64,000 bases of DNA from Phyllobates terribilis (GCF_046119375.1 NW_027362770.1:190340001-190404000); one strand, 5' to 3'. Positions 1 through 15,428 are shown, counted from the first letter of the stretch. The notes: a model not told the origin generated them from the letters alone. Numbers and translations: made by a program.

Positions 1-1694
1 GCTAAAAGAAGTAGACATTTTAGTTTGGCTGGAAGATGGTCTTTCTTCTGCAGATGTTACTGTTGCTTTAACACCTACCCCACGGACACAACCTTTTTTC
101 CCCTTCCCAACACGCCTATTCCCCTTTCCACCAGCAGCAGGCCTTTTTCCACTCATTTTGGTGGTTAACTAATTCACAACTCTGGAGTTGTTTGCACAAA
201 AAAACAATGGATGGGATCCGAGCAGAGCTGAGTGGCCAAACTGTGGTATTAGGCCAAAAGTATTGGCTGGGTTAGATGCAGAAAAAAATTATATTCAATT
301 TGCAACCTGATGGAGGTCAGTATAGATGGACTAATACAACAAGTCCCACACACAGCTAGAAGCCCAAATATTTTTTCAGAGGTAGATGCAGACAAAAAAT
401 TATTTTTAATTTGCAGCCTGATGGAGGTCAGTATAGATGGACTAATAGACCAAGTCCCACACACAGCTAGAAGGCCAAATATTTTTTCAGAGGTAGATGC
501 AGAAAAAAATATATTCAGTTTGCAACCTGATGGAGGTCAGTATAGATGGATTAATAGAACAAGTCCCACACACTGCTAGAAGCCAAATATTTTTTCAGAG
601 CTAGATGCAGAAAAAAATTATATTCAATTTGCAACCTGATGGAGGTCAGTATAGATGGACTAATAGACCAAGTCCCACACACTGCTAGAAGCCCAAATAT
701 TTTTTCAGAGCTAGATGCAGAAAAAAATTATATTCAGTTTGCAACCTGATGGAGGTCAGTATAGATGGACTAATAGAATGATGCTATGCCCAAAAGATTT
801 TACTTCACTAGGTGCAGTAAAAAAATTGGTATTCTATACACAGGTGGTATATCTTGCAACACAGATAGGCTACTCCACTGACTAACACACTCTGCAATAG
901 GCCAAAAAGGATTAGCTTTGCTAGATTCAGCCAAATGCTGTGAAAAAAACTTGCACAGCACTGGCACAGACCTGCCTGGCAAAAACTGATAGGAACTGAT
1001 GTAACCTAGTCCTGAAAAGGACTCCAATTACAATTAGTCTTTACTCCCACAATCTATCTATTTAAGAGCACAGACCTGCCTGATAAAAGTCGTAGGAAAT
1101 GCTGTAACCTAGTCCTTAAAAGGACTGCAATCACAACTATTCCCTACTCCCAAGCTATCTGTAGATTTGTGCGAAAATTGGCTTGAAATTAACAAGGTAT
1201 AGCACACACAGCAACAGCGGTGCCGTCTAACACGCAGCTGCAGCAGTGTGAAAATGGTGGCGACGGGGAAAATGGCTTGGTCTTATAGGGCAAGGACATG
1301 TGACATACACTGCCAATGACACATGCCCTTGCTTGTGTGAAAAAAAGCACTTCGCTCCGTGTGTGCGCTGCTGATAGGCTGACAGATTGCACCTCCCCAC
1401 TGTAAATGCGGGAAAGAGAAAAAAAAATGGAGATCTTCATTATTCCTGCAGAGATCCATCCCCTGCCCCTCCCCCCACCCCACTGTACACTCAAACTGCG
1501 TATTAACATTAATTTTCATCATTACTGAGAAAAAATCCAGTTATGATTTTGGTGCACGAACAGTTATCGAACATAACCTCGAACAGCCGAATTTTTCTCA
1601 AATCGTTCGTGTTCGCCGAACGGCTCGAACACCGCCCAAAACAGCTCGAATTTGAGATTGGCGAACAGTTCTAGTCGAACAACGCTCATCTCTA
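1..1694 (-). mobile_element. 5' part of a hAT-superfamily DNA transposon; the transposase continues off the left edge
   Basis: The minus strand begins TAGAGATGAGCG at 1694, followed by many CGAAC/GTTCG subterminal motifs (1550-1685). A minus-strand frame from ATG at 156 reads MSGKRPAAGGKGNRRVGKGKKG and runs off the window. No TSD can be checked. Confidence 0.65.
250..780. repeat. ~110-bp tandem repeat (about 5 copies) inside the hAT element
   Basis: TTTGCAACCTGATGGAGGTCAGTATAGATGGACTAATAG...GATGCAGAAAAAAA recurs near 299, 409, 519, 628 and 738. Confidence 0.9.
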
Positions 1695-2060
1695 TTCACC
1701 GTCTTCCACCACAGGAGGAACTGTGACAATGGCGTCCTTATCCGATACATCAGCCTTTTTCAACAAGGAAACTTGAAACACAGGATTAATCTTCCAGGAG
1801 GTAGGGACATCCAACCTAACAGCAGACTGATTAACCACCCGAAGCACCGTAAGTGGCCCCACAAACTTCGGACCCAATTTTTTAGAGGGAATCCTCAACC
1901 GTAGATTCTTTGAGGACAACCAAACCATGTCACCCACCGTAAACAAAACCTCTTTACGTTTCCTGTCAAAATACTTCTTGGACTTTTTGTTAGCCTCTTG
2001 AAGGTTGCAACGTACATCAGTCCAAACTCTCTCCAAATTACCGGAAAAATTCTCCTCCTC
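1695..2060 (-). mobile_element. Ty3/Gypsy integrase C-terminal relic
   Basis: Translation gives FTVGDMVWLSSKNLRLRIPSKKLGPKFVGPLTVLRVVNQSAVRL...INPVFQVSLLK, typical of the post-catalytic region of Gypsy integrase. There is no upstream core domain. Confidence 0.8.
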
Positions 2061-2333
2061 CTTCAGGAGAAGCCGCAGCTCCTGCTGCTGGGGGAGGGGC
2101 TGCTGACCACCCTGTGCCCGGATGGCTGCAGTCTGCTCTGCGGGGACTGGAAACATCGGCCACTAACGGGTTAACACCAAGTGTCTGCGGGGAGGAGCTG
2201 ATCCTGTGCTGCCTGTGGGCGGAGCCATAGCCCTACTGAGCGCTGATTGGCTGAGCCCTGAATATGAAATCCCCGCACAACGGCTGATGGTTCCTTCCGC
2301 TCTTTGTTCTCCTCAGTGTAACACGTGGTGCAG

Positions 2334-5300
2334 AGCGCTATATGGAGGGTAATAACATCATGTGGCCGTATACAGCGCTATATGGAGGGTAATAACATCA
2401 TGTGTCCGTATACAGCGCTATATGGAGGGTAATAACATCATGTGTCCGTATACAGCGCTATATGGAGGGTAATAACATCATGTGGCCGTATACAGCGCTA
2501 TATGGAGGGTAATAACATCGTGTGGCCGTATACAGCGCTATATGGAGGGTAATAACATCATGTGGCCGTATACAGCGGTATATAGAGGGTAATAACATCA
2601 TGTGGCCGTATACAGCGCTATATGGAGGGTAATAACATCATGTGGCCGTATACAGCGCTATATGGAGGGTAATAACATCATGTGGCCGTATACAGCGCTA
2701 TATGGAGGGTAATAACATCATGTGGCCGTATACAGCGCTATATGGAGGGTAATAACATCATGTGGCCGTATACAGCGCTATATGGAGGGTAATAACATCG
2801 TGTGGCCGTATACAGCGCTATATGGAGGGTAATAACATCGTGTGGCCGTATACAGCGCTATATGGAGGGTAATAACATCGTGTGGCCGTATACAGCGCTA
2901 TATGGAGGGTAATAACATCATGTGGCCGTATACAGCGCTATATGGAGGGTAATAACATCATGTGGCCGTATACAGCGCTATATGGAGGGTAATAACATCA
3001 TGTGGCCGTATACAGCGCTATATGGAGGGTAATAACATCATGTGGCCGTATACAGCGCTATATGGAGGGTAATAACATCGTGTGGCCGTATACAGCGCTA
3101 TATGGAGGGTAATAACATCGTGTGGCCGTATACAGCGCTATATGGAGGGTAATAACATCGTGTGGCCGTATACAGCGCTATATGGAGGGTAATAACATCA
3201 TGTGGCCGTATACAGCGCTATATGGAGGGTAATAACATCATGTGGCCGTATACAGCGCTATACGGAGGGTAATAACATCATGTGGCCGTATACAGCGCTA
3301 TATGGAGGGTAATAACATCATGTGGCCGTATACAGCGCTATATGGAGGGTAATAACATCATGTGGCCGTATACAGCGCTATATGGAGGGTAATAACATCA
3401 TGTGGCCGTATACAGCGCTATACGGAGGGTAACATCATGTGGCCGTATACAGCGCTATACGGAGGGTAATAACATCATGTGGCCGTATACAGCGCTATAT
3501 GGAGGGTAATAACATCATGTGGCCGTATACAGCGCTATATGGAGGGTAATAACATCATGTGGCCGTATACAGCGCTATATGGAGGGTAATAACATCATGT
3601 GGCCGTATACAGCGCTATATGGAGGGTAATAACATCATGTGGCCGTATACAGCGCTATATGGAGGGTAATAACATCCTGTGGCCGTATACAGCGCTATAT
3701 GGAGGGTAATAACATCATGTGGCCGTATACAGCGCTATATGGAGGGTAATAACATCGTGTGGCCGTATACAGCGCTATATGGAGGGTAATAACATCGTGT
3801 GGCCGTATACAGCGCTATATGGAGGGTAATAACATCGTGTGGCCGTATACAGCGCTATATGGAGGGTAATAACATCGTGTGGCCGTATACAGCGCTATAT
3901 GGAGGGTAATAACATCATGTGGCCGTATACAGCGCTATATGGAGGGTAATAACATCATGTGGCCATATACAGCGCTATACGGAGGGTAATAACATCATGT
4001 GGCCGTATACAGCGCTATATGGAGGGTAATAACATCATGTGGCCGTATACAGCGCTATATGGAGAGTAATAACATCATGTGGCCGTATACAGCGCTATAT
4101 GGAGGGTAATAACATCATGTGGCCGTATACAGCGCTATATGGAGGGTAATAACATCATGTGGCCGTATACAGCGCTATATGGAGGGTAATAACATCATGT
4201 GGCCGTATACAGCGCTATATGGAGGGTAATAACATCGTGTGGCCGTATACAGCGCTATATGGAGGGTAATAACATCGTGTGGCCGTATACAGCGCTATAT
4301 GGAGGGTAATAACATCATGTGGCCGTATACAGCGCTATACGGAGGGTAATAACATCATGTGGCCATATACAGCGCTATACGGAGGGTAATAACATCATGT
4401 GGCTGTATACAGCGCTATATGGAGGGTAATAACATCATGTGGCCGTATACAGCGCTATATGGAGGGTAATAACATCATGTGGCCGTATACAGCGCTATAT
4501 GGAGGGTAATAACATCATGTGGCCGTATACAGCGCTATACGGAGGGTAATAACATCATGTGGCCGTATACAGCGCTATACGGAGGGTAACATCATGTGGC
4601 CGTATACAGCGCTATACGGAGGGTAACATCATGTGGCCGTATACAGCGCTATACGGAGGGTAATAACATCATGTGGCCGTATACAGCGCTATATGGAGGG
4701 TAATAACATCATGTGGCCGTATACAGCGCTATATGGAGGGTAATAACATCATGTGGCCGTATACAGCGCTATATGGAGGGTAATAACATCATGTGGCCGT
4801 ATACAGCGCTATATGGAGGGTAATAACATCATGTGGCCGTATACAGCGCTATACGGAGGGTAACATCATGTGGCCGTATACAGCGCTATACGGAGGGTAA
4901 TAACATCATGTGGCCGTATACAGCGCTATATGGAGGGTAATAACATCATGTGGCCGTATACAGCGCTATATGGAGGGTAATAACATCATGTGGCCGTATA
5001 CAGCGCTATATGGAGGGTAATAACATCATGTGGCCGTATACAGCGCTATATGGAGGGTAATAACATCATGTGGCCGTATACAGCGCTATATGGAGGGTAA
5101 TAACATCCTGTGGCCGTATACAGCGCTATATGGAGGGTAATAACATCATGTGGCCGTATACAGCGCTATATGGAGGGTAATAACATCGTGTGGCCGTATA
5201 CAGCGCTATATGGAGGGTAATAACATCATGTGGCCGTATACAGCGCTATATGGAGGGTAATAACATCATGTGGCCGTATACAGCGCTATATGGAGGGTAA

Positions 5301-8300
5301 TAACATCATGTGGCCGTATACAGCGCTATATGGAGGGTAATAACATCATGTGGCCGTATACAGCGCTATATGGAGGGTAATAACATCATGTGGCCGTATA
5401 CAGCGCTATATGGAGGGTAATAACATCATGTGGCCGTATACAGCGCTATATGGAGGGTAACATCATGTGGCCGTATACAGCGCTATACGGAGGGTAATAA
5501 CATCATGTGGCCGTATACAGCGCTATATGGAGGGTAATAACATCATGTGGCCGTATACAGCGCTATATGGAGGGTAATAACATCATGTGGCCGTATACAG
5601 CGCTATATGGAGGGTAATAACATCATGTGGCCGTATACAGCGCTATATGGAGGGTAATAACATCATGTGGCCGTATACAGCGCTATATGGAGGGTAATAA
5701 CATCATGTGGCCGTATACAGCGCTATATGGAGGGTAATAACATCATGTGGCCGTATACAGCGCTATATGGAGGGTAATAACATCCTGTGGACGTATACAG
5801 CGCTATATGGAGGGTAATAACATCATGTGGCCGTATACAGCGCTATATGGAGGGTAATAACATCATGTGGCCGTATACAGCGCTATATGGAGGGTAATAA
5901 CATCGTGTGGCCGTATACAGCGCTATATGGAGGGTAATAACATCGTGTGGCCGTATACAGCGCTATATGGAGGGTAATAACATCGTGTGGCCGTATACAG
6001 CGCTATATGGAGGGTAATGACATCATGTGGCCGTATACAGCGCTATATGGAGGGTAACATCATGTGGCCGTATACAGCGCTATACGGAGGGTAATAACAT
6101 CATGTGGCCGTATACAGCGCTATATGGAGGGTAATAACATCATGTGGCCGTATACAGCGCTATATGGAGGGTAATAACATCATGTGGCCGTATACAGCGC
6201 TATATGGAGGGTAATAACACCATGTGGCCGTATACAGCGCTATATGGAGGGTAATAACATCATGTGGCCGTATACAGCGCTATATGGAGGGTAACATGTG
6301 GCCGTATACAGCGCTATACGGAGGGTAATAACATCATGTGGCCGTATACAGCGCTATATGGAGGGTAATAACATCATGTGGCCGTATACAGCGCTATATG
6401 GAGGGTAATAACATCATGTGGCCGTATACAGCGCTATACGGAGGGTAATAACATCATGTGGCCGTATACAGCGCTATACGGAGGGTAACATCATGTGGCC
6501 GTATACAGCGCTATACGGAGGGTAATAACATCATGTGGCCGTATACAGCGCTATATGGAGGGTAATAACATCATGTGGCCGTATACAGCGCTATATGGAG
6601 GGTAATAACATCATGTGGCCGTATACAGCGCTATATGGAGGGTAATAACATCATGTGGCCGTATACAGCGCTATATGGAGGGTAATAACATCATGTGACC
6701 GTATACAGCGCTATACGGAGGGTAACATCATGTGGCCGTATACAGCGCTATACGGAGGGTAATAACATCATGTGGCCGTATACAGCGCTATATGGAGGGT
6801 AATAACATCATGTGGCCGTATACAGCGCTATATGGAGGGTAATAACATCATGTGGCCGTATACAGCGCTATATGGAGGGTAATAACATCATGTGGCCGTA
6901 TACAGCGCTATATGGAGGGTAATAACATCGTGTGGCCGTATACAGCGCTATATGGAGGGTAATAACATCATGTGGCCGTATACAGCGCTATATGGAGGGT
7001 AATAACATCATGTGGCCGTATACAGCGCTATATGGAGGGTAATAACATCATGTGGCCGTATACAGCGCTATATGGAGGGTAATAACATCATGTGGCCGTA
7101 TACAGCGCTATATGGAGGGTAATAACATCATGTGGCCGTATACAGCGCTATATGGAGGGTAATAACATCATGTGGCCGTATACAGCGCTATATGGAGGGT
7201 AACATCATGTGGCCGTATACAGCGCTATACGGAGGGTAATAACATCATGTGGCCGTATACAGCGCTATATGGAGGGTAATAACATCATGTGGCCGTATAC
7301 AGCGCTATATGGAGGGTAATAACATCATGTGGCCGTATACAGCGCTATATGGAGGGTAATAACATCATGTGGCCGTATACAGCGCTATATGGAGGGTAAT
7401 AACATCATGTGGCCGTATACAGCGCTATATGGAGGGTAATAACATCATGTGGCCGTATACAGCGCTATATGGAGGGTAATAACATCATGTGGCCGTATAC
7501 AGCGCTATATGGAGGGTAATAACATCATGTGGCCGTATACAGCGCTATATGGAGGGTAATAACATCCTGTGGACGTATACAGCGCTATATGGAGGGTAAT
7601 AACATCATGTGGCCGTATACAGCGCTATATGGAGGGTAATAACATCATGTGGCCGTATACAGCGCTATATGGAGGGTAATAACATCGTGTGGCCGTATAC
7701 AGCGCTATATGGAGGGTAATAACATCGTGTGGCCGTATACAGCGCTATATGGAGGGTAATAACATCATGTGGCCGTATACAGCGCTATATGGAGGGTAAT
7801 AACATCGTGTGGCCGTATACAGCGCTATATGGAGGGTAATAACATCATGTGGCCGTATACAGCGCTATATGGAGGGTAATAACATCGTGTGGCCGTATAC
7901 AGCGCTATATGGAGGGTAATAACATCGTGTGGCCGTATACAGCGCTATATGGAGGGTAATAACATCGTGTGGCCGTATACAGCGCTATATGGAGGGTAAT
8001 AACATCATGTGGCCGTATACAGCGCTATATGGAGGGTAATAACATCATGTGGCCGTATACAGCGCTATACGGAGGGTAATAACATCATGTGGCCGTATAC
8101 AGCGCTATATGGAGGGTAATAACATCGTGTGGCCGTATACAGCGCTATATGGAGGGTAATAACATCATGTGGCCGTATACAGCGCTATATGGAGGGTAAT
8201 AACATCATGTGGCCGTATACAGCGCTATATGGAGGGTAATAACATCATGTGGCCGTATACAGCGCTATACGGAGGGTAATAACATCGTGTGGCCGTATAC

Positions 8301-11300
8301 AGCGCTATATGGAGGGTAATAACATCATGTGGCCGTATACAGCGCTATATGGAGGGTAATAACATCATGTGGCCGTATACAGCGCTATATGGAGGGTAAT
8401 AACATCATGTGGCCGTATACAGCGCTATATGGAGGGTAATAACATCATGTGGCCGTATACAGCGCTATATGGAGGGTAATAACATCCTGTGGCCGTATAC
8501 AGCGCTATATGGAGGGTAATAACATCATGTGGCCGTATACAGCGCTATATGGAGGGTAATAACATTGTGTGGCCGTATACAGCGCTATATGGAGGGTAAT
8601 AACATCGTGTGGCCGTATACAGCGCTATATGGAGGGTAATAACATCGTGTGGCCGTATACAGCGCTATATGGAGGGTAATAACATCGTGTGGCCGTATAC
8701 AGCGCTATATGGAGGGTAATAACATCATGTGGCCGTATACAGCGCTATATGGAGGGTAATAACATCATGTGGCCGTATACAGCGCTATATGGAGGGTAAT
8801 AACATCATGTGGCCGTATACAGCGCTATATGGAGGGTAATAACATCATGTGGCCGTATACAGCGCTATATGGAGGGTAATAACATCGTGTGGCCGTATAC
8901 AGCGCTATATGGAGGGTAATAACATCGTGTGGCCGTATACAGCGCTATATGGAGGGTAATAACATCGTGTGGCCGTATACAGCGCTATATGGAGGGTAAT
9001 AACATCATGTGGCCGTATACAGCGCTATATGGAGGGTAATAACATCATGTGGCCGTATACAGCGCTATACGGAGGGTAATAACATCATGTGGCCGTATAC
9101 AGCGCTATATGGAGGGTAATAACATCATGTGGCCGTATACAGCGCTATATGGAGGGTAATAACATCATGTGGCCGTATACAGCGCTATATGGAGGGTAAT
9201 AACATCGTGTGGCCGTATACAGCGCTATATGGAGGGTAATAACATCATGTGGCCGTATACAGCGCTATACGGAGGGTAATAACATCATGTGGCCATATAC
9301 AGCGCTATACGGAGGGTAATAACATCATGTGGCTGTATACAGCGCTATATGGAGGGTAATAACATCATGTGGCCGTATACAGCGCTATATGGAGGGTAAT
9401 AACATCATGTGGCCGTATACAGCGCTATATGGAGGGTAATAACATCATGTGGCCGTATACAGCGCTATACGGAGGGTAATAACATCATGTGGCCGTATAC
9501 AGCGCTATACGGAGGGTAACATCATGTGGCCGTATACAGCGCTATACGGAGGGTAACATCATGTGGCCGTATACAGCGCTATACGGAGGGTAATAACATC
9601 ATGTGGCCGTATACAGCGCTATATGGAGGGTAATAACATCATGTGGCCGTATACAGCGCTATATGGAGGGTAATAACATCATGTGGCCGTATACAGCGCT
9701 ATATGGAGGGTAATAACATCATGTGGCCGTATACAGCGCTATATGGAGGGTAATAACATCATGTGGCCGTATACAGCGCTATACGGAGGGTAACATCATG
9801 TGGCCGTATACAGCGCTATACGGAGGGTAATAACATCATGTGGCCGTATACAGCGCTATATGGAGGGTAATAACATCATGTGGCCGTATACAGCGCTATA
9901 TGGAGGGTAATAACATCATGTGGCCGTATACAGCGCTATATGGAGGGTAATAACATCATGTGGCCGTATACAGCGCTATATGGAGGGTAATAACATCATG
10001 TGGCCGTATACAGCGCTATATGGAGGGTAATAACATCCTGTGGCCGTATACAGCGCTATATGGAGGGTAATAACATCATGTGGCCGTATACAGCGCTATA
10101 TGGAGGGTAATAACATCGTGTGGCCGTATACAGCGCTATATGGAGGGTAATAACATCATGTGGCCGTATACAGCGCTATATGGAGGGTAATAACATCATG
10201 TGGCCGTATACAGCGCTATATGGAGGGTAATAACATCATGTGGCCGTATACAGCGCTATATGGAGGGTAATAACATCATGTGGCCGTATACAGCGCTATA
10301 TGGAGGGTAATAACATCATGTGGCCGTATACAGCGCTATATGGAGGGTAATAACATCATGTGGCCGTATACAGCGCTATATGGAGGGTAACATCATGTGG
10401 CCGTATACAGCGCTATACGGAGGGTAATAACATCATGTGGCCGTATACAGCGCTATATGGAGGGTAATAACATCATGTGGCCGTATACAGCGCTATATGG
10501 AGGGTAATAACATCATGTGGCCGTATACAGCGCTATATGGAGGGTAATAACATCATGTGGCCGTATACAGCGCTATATGGAGGGTAATAACATCATGTGG
10601 CCGTATACAGCGCTATATGGAGGGTAATAACATCATGTGGCCGTATACAGCGCTATATGGAGGGTAATAACATCATGTGGCCGTATACAGCGCTATATGG
10701 AGGGTAATAACATCCTGTGGACGTATACAGCGCTATATGGAGGGTAATAACATCATGTGGCCGTATACAGCGCTATATGGAGGGTAATAACATCATGTGG
10801 CCGTATACAGCGCTATATGGAGGGTAATAACATCGTGTGGCCGTATACAGCGCTATATGGAGGGTAATAACATCGTGTGGCCGTATACAGCGCTATATGG
10901 AGTGTAATAACATCATGTGGCCGTATACAGCGCTATATGGAGGATAATAACATCATGTGGCCGTATACAGCGCTATATGGAGGGTAATAACATCATGTGG
11001 CCGTATACAGCGCTATATGGAGGGTAATAACATCATGTGGCCGTATACAGCGCTATATGGAGGGTAATAACATCATGTGGCCGTATACAGCGCTATATGG
11101 AGGGTAATAACATCATGTGGCCGTATACAGCGCTATATGGAGGGTAATAACATCATGTGGCCGTATACAGCGCTATATGGAGGGTAATAACATCATGTGG
11201 CCGTATACAGCGCTATATGGAGGGTAATAACATCCTGTGGACGTATACAGCGCTATATGGAGGGTAATAACATCATGTGGCCGTATACAGCGCTATATGG

Positions 11301-12603
11301 AGGGTAATGACATCATGTGGCCGTATACAGCGCTATATGGAGGGTAACATCATGTGGCCGTATACAGCGCTATACGGAGGGTAATAACATCATGTGGCCG
11401 TATACAGCGCTATATGGAGGGTAATAACATCATGTGGCCGTATACAGCGCTATATGGAGGGTAATAACATCATGTGGCCGTATACAGCGCTATATGGAGG
11501 GTAATAACACCATGTGGCCGTATACAGCGCTATATGGAGGGTAATAACATCATGTGGCCGTATACAGCGCTATATGGAGGGTAACATGTGGCCGTATACA
11601 GCGCTATACGGAGGGTAATAACATCATGTGGCCGTATACAGCGCTATATGGAGGGTAATAACATCATGTGGCCGTATACAGCGCTATGTGGAGGGTAATA
11701 ACATCATGTGGCCGTATACAGCGCTATACGGAGGGTAATAACATCATGTGGCCGTATACAGCGCTATACGGAGGGTAACATCATGTGGCCGTATACAGCG
11801 CTATACGGAGGGTAATAACATCATGTGGCCGTATACAGCGCTATATGGAGGGTAATAACATCATGTGGCCGTATACAGCGCTATATGGAGGGTAATAACA
11901 TCATGTGGCCGTATACAGCGCTATATGGAGGGTAATAACATCATGTGGCCGTATACAGCGCTATATGGAGGGTAATAACATCATGTGACCGTATACAGCG
12001 CTATACGGAGGGTAACATCATGTGGCCGTATACAGCGCTATACGGAGGGTAATAACATCATGTGGCCGTATACAGCGCTATATGGAGGGTAATAACATCA
12101 TGTGGCCGTATACAGCGCTATATGGAGGGTAATAACATCATGTGGCCGTATACAGCGCTATATGGAGGGTAATAACATCGTGTGGCCGTATACAGCGCTA
12201 TATGGAGGGTAATAACATCATGTGGCCGTATACAGCGCTATATGGAGGGTAATAACATCATGTGGCCGTATACAGCGCTATATGGAGGGTAATAACATCA
12301 TGTGGCCGTATACAGCGCTATATGGAGGGTAATAACATCATGTGGCCGTATACAGCGCTATATGGAGGGTAATAACATCATGTGGCCGTATACAGCGCTA
12401 TATGGAGGGTAATAACATCATGTGGCCGTATACAGCGCTATATGGAGGGTAACATCATGTGGCCGTATACAGCGCTATACGGAGGGTAATAACATCATGT
12501 GGCCGTATACAGCGCTATATAGAGGGTAATAACATCATGTGGCCGTATACAGCGCTATATGGAGGGTAATATCATGTGGCCGTATACAGCGCTATATGGA
12601 GGT
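2334..12603 (+). repeat. 40-bp satellite array 1 (~10.3 kb, ~257 units)
   Basis: Uninterrupted tandem unit GTGGCCGTATACAGCGCTATATGGAGGGTAATAACATCAT with point variants and occasional 3-6 bp deletions. Confidence 0.99.
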
Positions 12604-12749
12604 ATTACACATGGTGTGATGGCGGCCGCTCCTGTCCAGTTGTGAGTAGATCTGGTACATTCCTCACTATGACTATTAAACTCTCTGGGCCTATTTCGGT
12701 TGGTAAAAATAATCACGTGGCCGTAAACTACTCTATGGGGTTACACCCA

Positions 12750-12848
12750 ATTTTATTTTAATCACTTATACAGTGTCCTTAATTCCACAGCACCTGCACA
12801 CAATTTATATTCCTTGTCATTAGGTCTTTGGAGTGTGGGAGGAAACCT
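12750..12848 (-). mobile_element. V-SINE-like 3' fragment
   Basis: The reverse complement reads GGTTTCCTCCCACACTCCAAAGAC, followed by a GTGCTGTGGAATT tail matching the SINE at 42728. Confidence 0.5.
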
Positions 12849-13057
12849 ACCTAAAGATGGGGGCACATACAGCACAATATGGGGTGTGTGGATTTTTCAC
12901 TCCCTGGAAATAATTACAAGATAATGCTCACTGTGCCAACCCAATAGGAACATTGCTGCCTGGTGCAGCTATAGCCCTTACAACCCCCTCGAATACATAA
13001 TCTCAACCATATAACAGATCTGTACATACAGAACATCACCCCCGAGATCAGCGGCGC

Positions 13058-13103
13058 CAGCTCTTGTGGTGACGGTGTGGGTGGCTCTTAGAAGAGCCTT
13101 TGG
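13058..13103 (-). promoter_or_regulatory. Histone 3' stem-loop and HDE of H2A copy 1
   Basis: CCCAAA-GGCTCTTCTAAGAGCC-ACCCA (stem-loop at 13083-13098); HDE AAGAGCTG at 13058-13065. Confidence 0.95.
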
Positions 13104-13133
13104 GTTGTGTGGATGATACAGGATCAGCGGCGC

Positions 13134-14239
<1,106 letters not shown>

Positions 14240-14265
14240 TCTGCTCCAAGCTCTGTACCCACAAC

Positions 14266-14312
14266 CCAAAGGCTCTTCTAAGAGCCACCCACCCCGTCTA
14301 CATCAGAGCTGT
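14266..14312 (+). promoter_or_regulatory. Histone 3' stem-loop and HDE of H2B copy 1
   Basis: CCAAA-GGCTCTTCTAAGAGCC-ACCCA (stem-loop at 14271-14286); HDE CAGAGCTGT at 14304-14312. Confidence 0.95.
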
Positions 14313-15428
14313 GGCTGCTTGTCTGTCCTTCTGCACCAACCTGCAGAGGAGATAACCTGCAATAATAATGTTCTGCTCCTCTTTCCAGGGGACATTTGGC
14401 TGCACAGATCTGGCCATAAAGCGCTGGGCAGAAGGAGGATTAGAAGAAGGAGATGAAGTTGGGGAGAGTGATGAGGTTAGTAGCAGTGAGATGTAGGATA
14501 TTCTGCATCCAATCAGACAATAAAAGGTCAGATGCAGGCAGCCATAAATACTCCATTACCCTTCACTCACTGAATCCTTTTCTCTCCCTGGACACTGGGT
14601 CCTAGTGCCCTCTGTTACCATTGTTCTGCTGGCAATGGGTGAAGATGAGCAGTTAACCCTTTCAGTGTTCAGATACTGTTCCAGCAGCTCCTCGTTGTGA
14701 TCAGAGCTCTGCACTTTCTCGCTGATCCTCCTCTGATGTTACACCTTTACTCCGCAGACTGGTGAAGGCACCTGGTCAATAAGCTCCTAAAGATTGATCG
14801 ATATAGGTCTGAATCTCACATTGTGATTAATGGAGAAGCCGATCACTTGTTTATCACAGGAGGAGCTGAAACAGATAAATGTGCAAAGCACAATATGGAG
14901 GGTATACAGCACTATATGGAGGAATACAGGAGTATATAGAGGGTATACAACAGGGTATAGAGTGTACACTGCACTATATGGAGGGTATAAAGCGCTTCAT
15001 GGAGGAATACAGTCCTATATCAAAGGTATACAGCGCTATATGGGGAAACAGTATATGGAGTTTATACAGCGCTATATAGGGGTATACAGCAGGATATGGA
15101 GCTTATACATCACTGGATGGAGGAGAGTATATAACTCTATAGACCTCACAGTGAGTTATTTCCAGGTGTCAGTGTAATTCCTCCGAGCAGGATATGGGGG
15201 GTATATGGAGGGTATACAGCACTATATGGGAAACTGTATATGGAGTTTATACAGCGCTATATAGGGGTATACAGCAGGATATGGAGCTTATACATCGCTG
15301 GATGGAGGAGAGTATATAACTCTATAGACCTCACAGTGAGTTATTTCCAGGTGTCACAGTGTAATTCCTCCGAGCAGGATGTCACCAGAGAGGAATCAGG
15401 GCTGTGACTATTTCCACCATCACAGTAG

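Noticed and set aside
2300-2330. Possible U7 snRNA gene (GTGTTACA on the minus strand)
   Set aside because: The match is not followed by GCTCTTTT, an Sm-like site or a terminal hairpin. I recognised no U7, tRNA or 5S gene in the window.
2334-12603. CRISPR-like regular repeat array
   Set aside because: The units are contiguous with no unique spacers, there are no cas genes, and the context is eukaryotic.
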